Below, in pieces: positions 30,314 through 37,913 of a DNA stretch of 64,000 bases. Position 1 is the first letter of the stretch. Each line of letters begins with the position of its first letter. The position numbers and the translations under genes are program-made. The notes under the pieces were generated by a model, which was not told the DNA's origin, did no database searches, and saw only the letters and a program-made list of their open reading frames with translations. Source of the stretch: Christensenellaceae bacterium (GTDB lineage Bacteria; Bacillota; Clostridia; Christensenellales; Borkfalkiaceae); the NCBI GenBank assembly GCA_045594285.1, contig JAZNYF010000006.1, positions 177,588 through 241,587 of the forward strand, in the 5' to 3' direction.

Positions 30314-31144
30314 TTAAAAGATTTCAGTTGTTGCGCCTGCTTTTGCGCATACAGTTCTTCCACCAACGCGGAAATAAACGTCAATAGCATAATCGTTTTT
30401 AACAACTTTTCCAGATGCTGAAAATTGAAGATTTTCGTACGCTTTTATATAATCGTAAATTTCAATGTTGGTCGCATACCAAGTATCTTCACGGTTACCA
30501 ACTTTTTCGCATAAGTTTTCCATAATTTGCCAGTTGTTAGCATCTTCAAACTCGTAACTGTGCCCCCACACGTAGAATAAGTATGGTTGCTTACACTTGA
30601 GCGCGTTAGGATCGTTTTCAGTAAACAAATTGATAAACTCTTTTAACCTTGGCGAAGTATGTTTACAAGTAGGTTTTAATCTCAACCAGTCGGTTGGGAT
30701 ACTAAAGTTTTCCGTACTTTCAGTTGTGCGAGAATATACTATACCGATTTGTTTCAACACTTCGATAACTTCATCAGTATACCTACCTTGTGCGTAAGCC
30801 ATACCGCGAACAACCCCACCAAACATTTCTTCCAAATTTTCTTTATCGGTTAAAAATTCTTTATAAATTTCTACGCCATGAAGTGCATTTGGCCAAAAAT
30901 GCTTATAACCGTGAACGGCAACTTCCATACCAGAATTTGTGTAAAGTTCAACACATTCTTCTTGGGTTAGTCTTCTACCCCCGCCCATCAAACCGCTGTT
31001 AAGGTTAAAAGTTCCCTTTACACCGTTTGCACGCATAATTTCAATCATGCGCTTATCAAAAATGACACCGTCATCATAACTAAGTGTGAACGCTTTTGCT
31101 TTCCCACCAGGGAATCTTAAATATCTTTCCATAATTTTATACAC
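30314..31144 (-). CDS. Polysaccharide/carbohydrate deacetylase (NodB domain), cytoplasmic
   Basis: FTLSYDDG motif and downstream HGYKH; no signal peptide. Confidence 0.7.
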   Translation of the reverse strand: MYKIMERYLRFPGGKAKAFTLSYDDGVIFDKRMIEIMRANGVKGTFNLNSGLMGGGRRLTQEECVELYTNSGMEVAVHGYKHFWPNALHGVEIYKEFLTDKENLEEMFGGVVRGMAYAQGRYTDEVIEVLKQIGIVYSRTTESTENFSIPTDWLRLKPTCKHTSPRLKEFINLFTENDPNALKCKQPYLFYVWGHSYEFEDANNWQIMENLCEKVGNREDTWYATNIEIYDYIKAYENLQFSASGKVVKNDYAIDVYFRVGGRTVCAKAGATTEIF

Positions 31145-31161
31145 ACCCGTTTAGAGTGAAT

Positions 31162-31435
31162 TTTTAAGACATAGATGCAAGTTAAACTTGTTCTTAACCT
31201 ATTTAAGTGTGAAGAAGCAAGTTAGGCAAGGCTCGCTCGTCAGAACTAATAAGCAACATCAGCACTTTTATTAAAACAAAAGTGCAAGATTTTGCAATTG
31301 TTCTTCCTCTTCCCAAAAAATCTTTTGCTTCGCAAAATCTTTTTCGGGATACCCTGTTTTGTTTGGGATGAGATTGACCGTCTGGTCATTGAAGTCCAAA
31401 CACAAAGCAGTAACGCAGCATAACGCCGCTTATTC
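31162..31435. repeat. Structured intergenic repeat, type A, copy 3 (composite, with a ~140-bp internal insertion)
   Basis: 5' block TTTTAAGACATAGATGCAAGTT matches copy 1. 3' block GGGATGAGATTGACC..GAAGTCCAAACACAAAGCAGTAACGCAGCATAACG also matches. The internal segment has its own hairpins, for example GCACTTTT/AAAAGTGC at 31262-31285. Confidence 0.7.
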
Positions 31436-31447
31436 GCTCTTAAAAAT

Positions 31448-32044
31448 TTATTTTTTATTTAATCTTTCACCTACAGCCCCACCCGGATGAATGAGTGCAA
31501 ATTGTTCGTTCTTAAAACCAGTTTCTTCGATAAGAGCGGTTTGAAGAGCGTGGCAAATCATGCAGAGTGCCGTGGTTGAAGTAGTGCCTTGTGAGTTATA
31601 CTTATCAGTTTCTCTATTAACGTATTGCTTAATAACAGCGTCAGCGTTAAGGGCTAAGGGTGATTCCATATTTTCAGTAATAGAAATAATCTTTACGCCC
31701 TTTACTTTGCAAATATCAATGATAGGAAGAAGTTCTTTGGTCTTACCGCCGCGTGATGCGAAAACCATAACGTCCCCTTCTTGTAAAAAGCCAGTTGCTC
31801 CGTGAACTGCTTCTGCGGGAGAAATAAATCTTGCAGGTTGATCAATACAGCACATAAGGTGTGCTAAGTGTTGACAAATGATACCTGAGTGTCCGCAACC
31901 GCAAGTACCGATTCTGGGTGCGTTTTTAAGAAGTTCAACAGCCTTTGAGAACTGTTCTTCATCTAAATAAGCGAGCATGTTAGTAATACATTCCGCTTCG
32001 ATTTGATATGCTTGTTTTACTGCGCTTAAAGTTTCTTTTTGCAT
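31448..32044 (-). CDS. SIS-domain sugar-phosphate isomerase
   Basis: SIS pattern (IGTCGCGHSG..VMVFASRGGKTKE). Start trimmed to the ATG at 32042-32044 (MQKETL), preceded by GGTGG. Confidence 0.75.
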   Translation of the reverse strand: MQKETLSAVKQAYQIEAECITNMLAYLDEEQFSKAVELLKNAPRIGTCGCGHSGIICQHLAHLMCCIDQPARFISPAEAVHGATGFLQEGDVMVFASRGGKTKELLPIIDICKVKGVKIISITENMESPLALNADAVIKQYVNRETDKYNSQGTTSTTALCMICHALQTALIEETGFKNEQFALIHPGGAVGERLNKK

Positions 32045-32171
32045 AATAACCACCCGTAATTTTTTTATTTGTTTTTTACTGAACAAAGTCAATAAAAACC
32101 CATAGTTATATTGAGTATATCACGGATAACAAATATTGTCAATTATTTAATTAACTTATATAGTTTAAAAG

Positions 32172-32209
32172 TAAAAAAACCACGGTAAAAATCTCTTTTT
32201 CCGTGGTTT
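32172..32209 (-). terminator. Rho-independent terminator after the TrxR-like gene
   Basis: AACCACGG / CCGTGGTT at 32178-32185 / 32201-32208, followed on the minus strand by a U-run. Confidence 0.7.
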
Positions 32210-32215
32210 AATTAA

Positions 32216-33130
32216 TTAATCTAAACTTTCGATATAAAGGCAAGCGTTGGTCGCTGCGACTGCGCCGTCAGAAATTGCGGTTGCAACTTGGCGAACGGTT
32301 TTAGTTCGGCAATCCCCCGCTACGTAAACACCTTCAGTCTTGGTTTTACAAGTTTCGTCAGCGATAATGTAGCCCATGTTATCAAGGTCAACTACGTTTT
32401 CAAAAGCCTTGTTATCGGGCACTTGACCGATAGCAACGAAAACAGCAGGGATTTCATGCGTTTTAATATTGCCGTCAGCATCTTTATACTCGATTGCTTT
32501 AAGTTCATCTTCACCGATAAAATCGATAACGCTGGTGTTAGGACGCCATTCGATGTTATCCTTTGCCATAAGCGCTTTTACGTGCGCTTTATCCCCAAAG
32601 AATTTATCAAAGAGAGTGTAAATATACACTTTTTTGCAATAACTTGAAAGGAGAAGGCTGTATTGAAGCGCGGTGTTTGCGTCGCCGATAACGATTACTT
32701 CTTGACCTTTATAGAACGCGCCGTCGCAAATAGCGCAGTAATAAACGCCCCTACCAACCAAGTCTTCCCTATCAGATTTGGTGCGGAGATGTTTATGCTT
32801 AACACCTGATGCGATTACAACACTTTTAGAATAATATTCGTTATATTCGGTCTTAACTTTGAAGTTACCTTCGCCGAGTTTTTCAATTCCAACAACCTTT
32901 TCAATTTCGAGTTCAGCGCCGTGTGCGGTAATTTGTTCAAACAAGTTGTCCGCAAATTGTTCGCCGCTAATTTCTTTGATTGAAGGATAGTTTTCAAGTC
33001 TAGGTGAGTTTGCGATTTGACCGCCTAAACTTTCGCTCTCTAAAACGAGCACTGTTTTACTGTTTCTTAAAGCGTAGAGCGCGGAGGTCATGCCTGCCGC
33101 GCCTGCGCCTATAACTATTAAGTCATACAT
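32216..33130 (-). CDS. Thioredoxin-reductase-like flavoprotein with degenerate NADPH-binding motifs
   Basis: FAD motif VIGAGAAG and redox CAICDG (CxxC). The position of canonical GGGNTA reads GDANTA, and the position of HRRxxxR reads TLFDKFF. Confidence 0.8.
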   Translation of the reverse strand: MYDLIVIGAGAAGMTSALYALRNSKTVLVLESESLGGQIANSPRLENYPSIKEISGEQFADNLFEQITAHGAELEIEKVVGIEKLGEGNFKVKTEYNEYYSKSVVIASGVKHKHLRTKSDREDLVGRGVYYCAICDGAFYKGQEVIVIGDANTALQYSLLLSSYCKKVYIYTLFDKFFGDKAHVKALMAKDNIEWRPNTSVIDFIGEDELKAIEYKDADGNIKTHEIPAVFVAIGQVPDNKAFENVVDLDNMGYIIADETCKTKTEGVYVAGDCRTKTVRQVATAISDGAVAATNACLYIESLD

Positions 33131-33132
33131 AA

Positions 33133-35499
33133 TTAGTTTCTACTCTCGATATATTTTCTAATTTCACTTGCGTTGTCGTAAGCGTCAAAGCCGTTGCCGT
33201 TAGGAACTAACAAAGTGGGGGCTTTTTTAACGCCGAGTTTAACGGTGAGTTCTTTGTTTTCTTCCGCGTTAACAATTGAATATTTAACGCCTGCTTTATC
33301 GAGCATCATCTTGCTGGTTTTGCAGTTGGGGCAACCGTTTCTGGTGAAAAGAACAGGTCCGTCAAGTTCAACTTTTTCGGTTTCTTCCTTCTTGCATTCG
33401 CAAGCGGTTTCCTTAGCGGTGAACTTAGAATTTTCGATGTTATAAACCTTTCTATCGTCGAATTCTTTTCTCTTACCGTCGTTCCAGTTTTGAACGGGAC
33501 GATAGTAACCAGTTATACGGCTATAAACTTCGGTAACCTTACCGCAAGTAGGACATTCGTAAACTTCGCCAGCGATGTAACCGTGGTCAGCACATACTGA
33601 GTAAGTGGGAGACATGGTGTAGTACGGAAGTTTATAGTTTTCAGCAATCTTTCTAACTAAACTTGCAGCAGCCTTCCAGTCGGGAAGTTTTTGACCTAAG
33701 AACGCGTGGAATACAGTACCTGAAGTGTAAAGAGTTTGCAATTCGTCTTGAATATCGAGCGCGCTGAAGATATCTTCGGTATAACCTACGGGTAAATGTG
33801 AACTGTTGGTGTAGTAAGGCGTTGCATCGTTATCAGATGCGGTGATGATATCGGGATAACGCTTCTTGTCGTGCTTAGCAAGACGGAAAGAAGTAGATTC
33901 CGCGGGGGTTGCTTCTAAGTTGTAAAGGTCGCCGTAGAGTTCTTGGTAGTCAGAGAGTTTATTTCTCATGAAGTTAAGAACGTCTTTGGTGAAGTTTTGT
34001 GCTTCGGGTTGAGTTAAATCTTTCTTAATCCACTTAGCGTTTAAGCACGCTTCGTTCATACCAACTAAGCCGATGGTTGAGAAGTGGTTGTTGAAAGTGC
34101 CCAAGTATCTCTTGGTGTAGGGATAAAGACCTGCTTCTAAGAGTTTGGTAACGGTATCTCTCTTAACTTTGAGTGAACGAGCAGAGATATCCATCATCTT
34201 CTTTAATCTTTCATAGAATTCTTCTTCAGTGTTAGAAAGATATGCAATTCTAGGCATGTTGATGGTAACAACACCGATTGAACCAGTGCTTTCACCACTA
34301 CCGAAGAAACCACCTGATTTTTTGCGGAGTTCTCTAAGGTCAAGACGAAGTCTGCAGCACATTGAACGAACGTCGCTCGGTTCCATATCACTATTGATAT
34401 AGTTAGAGAAGTAAGGTGTGCCGTATTTAGCGGTCATTTCAAACAATAACTTGTTGTTTTCGGTCTCGCTCCAGTCAAAGTCAGAAGTGATTGAATAAGT
34501 AGGAATAGGATATTGGAAACCTCTACCGTTAGCGTCGCCTTCAATCATAATTTCAATGAAAGCCTTGTTAACCATAGCCATTTCTTCTACGCAATCTTTA
34601 TACTTGAAGTCCATTTCCTTGCCGCCAACGATAGCGTTCATTTCAGCAAGGTCGTTAGGAACTACCCAGTCAAGCGTGATGTTGGTAAACGGTGATTGAG
34701 TACCCCATCTTGACGGAGTGTTTACGCCGTAAATGAAAGATTGAATGCATTGTTTAACTTCCTTATAGGTTAAACCGTCAACCTTAACGAACGGTGCAAG
34801 ATAGGTATCGAAAGATGAGAACGCTTGAGCACCTGCCCATTCGTTTTGCATGATACCAAGGAAGTTTACCATTTGGTTACAAAGGGTTGAAAGGTGACCT
34901 GCGGGTGAAGAAGTAATCTTACCGGGAACGCCGCCTAAACCTTCTTTAATAAGTTGACGGAGAGACCAACCTGCGCAGTAACCAGTAAGCATAGAAAGGT
35001 CGTGAATGTGGATATCAGCGTTTCTGTGAGCGTCGCCGATTTCGTCATCGTAAACTTCAGAAAGCCAATAGTTTGCGGTAACCGCACCTGAGTTAGAAAG
35101 AATAAGACCACCTACTGAATAAGTTACGGTTGAATTTTCTTTAACACGCCAGTCAGCAACCTTCAAATAATCGTCAACAACCTTTTTGTAGTCAACGAGT
35201 GTTGATTTGATATTACGAACCTTTTCACGTTGTTTACGATAAAGGATGTAACTCTTAGCAATATCAACGTAACCTGCTTGAATTAAAACAACTTCGGCGC
35301 TGTCTTGAATATCTTCCACGGTTACAACGTTATTTTTAACTTTTTTAGAGAAATCTGCCGTTACGCGAAGTGCTAACATATTGAGAATATCGGCAGTGTA
35401 ATCTACACCTTTTGCATTGAATGCTTTAGAAAGTGCAGTCGTAATTTTTGACATATCAAATTCGACTAACTTTCCGTCTCTTTTCCTTACTTGGATCAT
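33133..35499 (-). CDS. nrdD: Anaerobic (class III) ribonucleoside-triphosphate reductase NrdD with a C-terminal glutaredoxin/NrdH-like domain
   Basis: ATP-cone N-terminus (MIQVRKRDGKLVEFDMSKI), finger-loop MCCRLRL, Zn ribbon CPTCG, glycyl-radical motif SRITGYYRPV. About 80 extra residues follow with CPNC and a thioredoxin-fold pattern. Start trimmed to the ATG at 35497-35499, preceded by GGAGGA. Confidence 0.9.
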   Translation of the reverse strand: MIQVRKRDGKLVEFDMSKITTALSKAFNAKGVDYTADILNMLALRVTADFSKKVKNNVVTVEDIQDSAEVVLIQAGYVDIAKSYILYRKQREKVRNIKSTLVDYKKVVDDYLKVADWRVKENSTVTYSVGGLILSNSGAVTANYWLSEVYDDEIGDAHRNADIHIHDLSMLTGYCAGWSLRQLIKEGLGGVPGKITSSPAGHLSTLCNQMVNFLGIMQNEWAGAQAFSSFDTYLAPFVKVDGLTYKEVKQCIQSFIYGVNTPSRWGTQSPFTNITLDWVVPNDLAEMNAIVGGKEMDFKYKDCVEEMAMVNKAFIEIMIEGDANGRGFQYPIPTYSITSDFDWSETENNKLLFEMTAKYGTPYFSNYINSDMEPSDVRSMCCRLRLDLRELRKKSGGFFGSGESTGSIGVVTINMPRIAYLSNTEEEFYERLKKMMDISARSLKVKRDTVTKLLEAGLYPYTKRYLGTFNNHFSTIGLVGMNEACLNAKWIKKDLTQPEAQNFTKDVLNFMRNKLSDYQELYGDLYNLEATPAESTSFRLAKHDKKRYPDIITASDNDATPYYTNSSHLPVGYTEDIFSALDIQDELQTLYTSGTVFHAFLGQKLPDWKAAASLVRKIAENYKLPYYTMSPTYSVCADHGYIAGEVYECPTCGKVTEVYSRITGYYRPVQNWNDGKRKEFDDRKVYNIENSKFTAKETACECKKEETEKVELDGPVLFTRNGCPNCKTSKMMLDKAGVKYSIVNAEENKELTVKLGVKKAPTLLVPNGNGFDAYDNASEIRKYIESRN

Positions 35500-35550
35500 A
35501 ATATTTCCTCCGTTTGTTGATTTTTTTAGTGATAATTTGTGAGTGTAATT

Positions 35551-35580
35551 ACTATACCACACTATATGCTGTCTTGTCAA
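35551..35580 (-). promoter_or_regulatory. nrdD promoter
   Basis: Minus-strand TTGACA (35580-35575), 18-nt spacer, TATAGT (35556-35551). Confidence 0.55.
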
Positions 35581-35635
35581 CGGTTTATCACAATATTTTG
35601 TAAAATTTTTTTACTTAAAACACAACATCTTGTGG
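35559..35635. promoter_or_regulatory. Three NrdR-box-like 16-mers upstream of nrdD
   Basis: The three 16-mers are acactatatgctgtct (35559-35574), tcacaatattttgtaa (35588-35603) and acacaacatcttgtgg (35620-35635). They match the acaCwAtATaTwGtgt consensus at 12-13 of 16 positions. Centres are 29 and 32 bp apart. The first overlaps the promoter spacer. Confidence 0.5.
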
Positions 35636-35641
35636 TTTATA

Positions 35642-35672
35642 CAAAAAAGCCTTCCCTTTGAAAGAGAAGACT
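35642..35672 (-). terminator. Orphan terminator-like hairpin upstream of the nrdD promoter
   Basis: Minus-strand RNA AGUCUUCUC-UUUCAAA-GGGAAGGCU (9 bp including 2 G-U pairs) followed by UUUUUU. No upstream minus-strand gene feeds into it. Confidence 0.4.
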
Positions 35673-35953
35673 TTTTAGCAAATAATTTGTCAAATACAAG
35701 CGAAAACTCACTTTTGTAAAGATTTAGTTTTAAATCAAGATGTAGTGTTTTGCCACTATATATATTATATATAATGTATGCTGCGGCAAGCCGTAAACTC
35801 AAACGCGGTTTCGCCTTTTTCTATATTATACTACAAAGTAAAATTTTTTGCATTAAAATTAAGCAAAGTTTAAAAAATATTTTTGGCAGTTTTAGTTTAA
35901 TTTAAGTTGCAATTATTTTAAAAATATATTACAATATTGTGCAGACCAAAGAC

Positions 35954-36041
35954 GGAGAGGTGTCAGAGTGGTCGAATGTGCACGCTTGGAAAGCGTGTAT
36001 ACGGAAACGTATCGGAGGTTCGAATCCTCTCCTCTCCGCCA
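35954..36041 (+). tRNA. tRNA-Ser (anticodon GGA)
   Basis: GGAGAGGTGTCAGAGTGGTCGAATGTGCACGCTTGGAAAGCGTG..GGAGGTTCGAATCCTCTCCTCTCCGCCA. Long variable arm, anticodon loop TTGGAAA, encoded CCA. Promoter TTGCAA-17-TACAAT upstream. Confidence 0.92.
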
Positions 36042-36049
36042 AAATAATA

Positions 36050-36079
36050 GCGTCACCTTTTTGGTGGCGCTTTTATTTT
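36050..36079 (+). terminator. tRNA-Ser terminator
   Basis: GCGTCACC-TTTTT-GGTGGCGC followed by TTTTATTTT. Confidence 0.7.
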
Positions 36080-36221
36080 GGTTGATATTGTTGTTTTAGG
36101 AGAGGATTCGAAACAGCGTTAATAAACGGTAGACACCTACCGTTTTAGCGGTGACCGAAGATTTTTGCAAGGTACTAAGTTGGGGTTAATCTCTTTTGCC
36201 TTGCAAAAAGCAAGAAAGAAG

Positions 36222-36238
36222 TCCTCTCCTCTCCGCCA
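36222..36238 (+). repeat. 17-bp direct repeat of the tRNA-Ser 3' end
   Basis: TCCTCTCCTCTCCGCCA occurs at 36025-36041 (tRNA 3' end) and again at 36222-36238. An inverted copy, GGAGAGGATTCGAA, lies at 36099-36112. Confidence 0.85.
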
Positions 36239-36245
36239 CTTTTTA

Positions 36246-36275
36246 TCCCCCGTATAAAAATGCGGGGGTTTTTGT
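36246..36275 (+). terminator. Second terminator, directly after the repeated tRNA 3' end
   Basis: CCCCCG-loop-CGGGGG followed by TTTTTGTTTT. Confidence 0.6.
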
Positions 36276-36283
36276 TTTCTTAA

Positions 36284-36312
36284 TTGACAAGCAAACTTTA
36301 CTTTGCTATAAT
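36284..36312 (+). promoter_or_regulatory. Promoter of the CDF transporter gene
   Basis: TTGACA (36284-36289), 17 nt, TATAAT (36307-36312). GGAG lies 5 nt before the ATG at 36344. Confidence 0.6.
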
Positions 36313-36343
36313 AACTTAAAATCAAACTTTTTTTGGAGCAAAG

Positions 36344-37468
36344 ATGTTAGATATTGATAATAAAAACCGAACTAACAGCGGTAATATTGCAAGCATTGTT
36401 GGTATTTTAGTTAATATTTTGCTTGCGGGCGTAAAAGTTTTAGTAGGGCTAATATTTGGTGTAATTTCTCTTTTTGCGGACGGTTTAAATAACTTTACCG
36501 ATTGCGGAAGCAGTATAATTTCGCTAATATCTTTTAAGTTATCGTCAAAGCCCGCCGATAAAGAACACCCCTTTGGGCACGAGCGCATCGAATATATTTG
36601 CTCTATCGTGGTTGCATTTATAATTTTACTTATTGCAATAAGCATTGCGATTGAATCGGTAAATAAAATTATTGCGCCGCCCGAAGTTAGTTTTTCTATT
36701 TGGATAGTGCTTGCGCTCGTTTTATCCGTATGCGCAAAGCTGGGCTTATACTTTTACTATAAAACGGTTGCAAAGAAGTTAAATTCTTCCATCTTAAAAG
36801 CGGCAGCGGTTGACAGTTTAACCGACTGCATATCTACTTCAACCGTATTTGTTTCGCTTATCGTTGGTTTAATATTTAATATCAACATAGACGGTTACGC
36901 GGGCGTTGCGGTGTCTATCTTTATCGGTTTTTCGGCTGTTAATATTCTTAAAGAAGTATTTTCAGTTTTAATCGGTAAAGCGCCTGACAACGAACTTTTA
37001 CTTGATATAAAACAAAAAATTCTTTCCTACCCTGGTGTTTTGGGTGTGCACGATATTTCCGTTTACAGTTACGGTCCTAACAAGTATTTTGCAAGCGTTC
37101 ACGTGGAAGTTGACGCCGCTCAAGACGTTTTGACTTCACACGAACTTATTGACGACATTGAAAAGGATTTTCTAAAAAGCACTGGAATAATGCTTACCGG
37201 GCATTTAGACCCGATAGTTACCGACGACGAGCGTGTAAATACATTAAAAAAGCAAGTTGAAGAAATCGTTTGTAAGATAGACCCGACCTTTTCTATTCAC
37301 GACTTTAGAATGGTGTTTGGCGTAAACACGACTAACGTGCTTTTCGACCTTGCTATCCCCTACGACAGCAAGATGACCAAAGATGAAATAAAAAATATTC
37401 TTGAAAAAGAAATAACGGCAATTAACAGTCAATATTGTTTAGTTTTAACTATTGAACATTGTATTTAA
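36344..37468 (+). CDS. Cation diffusion facilitator (CDF) family metal efflux transporter
   Basis: 374 aa with a 6-TM N-domain (ADGLNNFTDC, HPFGHERIEY motifs) and a cytoplasmic C-domain. Confidence 0.85.
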   Translation: MLDIDNKNRTNSGNIASIVGILVNILLAGVKVLVGLIFGVISLFADGLNNFTDCGSSIISLISFKLSSKPADKEHPFGHERIEYICSIVVAFIILLIAISIAIESVNKIIAPPEVSFSIWIVLALVLSVCAKLGLYFYYKTVAKKLNSSILKAAAVDSLTDCISTSTVFVSLIVGLIFNINIDGYAGVAVSIFIGFSAVNILKEVFSVLIGKAPDNELLLDIKQKILSYPGVLGVHDISVYSYGPNKYFASVHVEVDAAQDVLTSHELIDDIEKDFLKSTGIMLTGHLDPIVTDDERVNTLKKQVEEIVCKIDPTFSIHDFRMVFGVNTTNVLFDLAIPYDSKMTKDEIKNILEKEITAINSQYCLVLTIEHCI

Positions 37469-37537
37469 AATAATATTGACAATAAATATATTATTTGATA
37501 GAATAATTACGATGATTTTATTATAAGGGATTGTTTT

Positions 37538-37858
37538 ATGAGCGTATTTAAGAGAGCAAACTGGCATAGCGGACTTACTTACCGCCACGTATGTGAAAAC
37601 TGCAAAGCAGAAATAAAATATACCGACTACGATTTAGATTACCGCCCATGGTTTGCGGACGGATTCGTTTATTGCCCAAGATGTCAAAAACCCTTACGCC
37701 ATAATGAAAACTTGGCTATTAACAACGATGGCGAATATATTAACACCCCCGCGCAAGAACAACCCCCAACTACTGCAAAGCGTTTTTGCACGAATTGTGG
37801 AAATAAAGTGTCGGAAACAGATAACTTTTGTTCTCTTTGTGGTACAAAATTAAAATGA
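37538..37858 (+). CDS. Double zinc-ribbon domain protein
   Basis: CENC..CPRC and CTNCG..CSLCG pairs; 106 aa. Own promoter TTGACA-17-TAGAAT. Confidence 0.55.
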   Translation: MSVFKRANWHSGLTYRHVCENCKAEIKYTDYDLDYRPWFADGFVYCPRCQKPLRHNENLAINNDGEYINTPAQEQPPTTAKRFCTNCGNKVSETDNFCSLCGTKLK

Positions 37859-37871
37859 TTTATTTAAAAAT

Positions 37872-37902
37872 TAAAAGCACGGATGCTGTCCGTGCTTTTT
37901 TT
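37872..37902. terminator. Bidirectional terminator between convergent genes
   Basis: AGCACGG-ATGCTGT-CCGTGCT with an A-run and a T-run. Confidence 0.75.
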
Positions 37903-37913
37903 GTTGTCAAAAT

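Noticed and set aside
35756-35777. Exact 22-nt repeat CTATATATATTATATATAATGT, also at 57678-57699
   Set aside because: It is identical in both places and intergenic, but it is a low-complexity TA-rich sequence. I see no consistent position relative to promoters or terminators, so I cannot support a function from two copies.
35611-35802. 63-aa minus-strand ORF upstream of nrdD
   Set aside because: It spans the NrdR-box region and the terminator hairpin. It has no RBS and an implausible composition, so I treat the region as regulatory.
35954-36275. Genomic island or prophage integrated at tRNA-Ser
   Set aside because: The direct repeats of the tRNA 3' end are only ~197 bp apart, with no integrase or cargo genes. 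I report it as a miniature module or scar rather than an island.
36137-36645. Minus-strand ORFs 36137-36325 and 36322-36645
   Set aside because: The first lies in the tRNA-Ser downstream repeat module. The second is antisense to the well-supported CDF transporter gene. Neither has an RBS.
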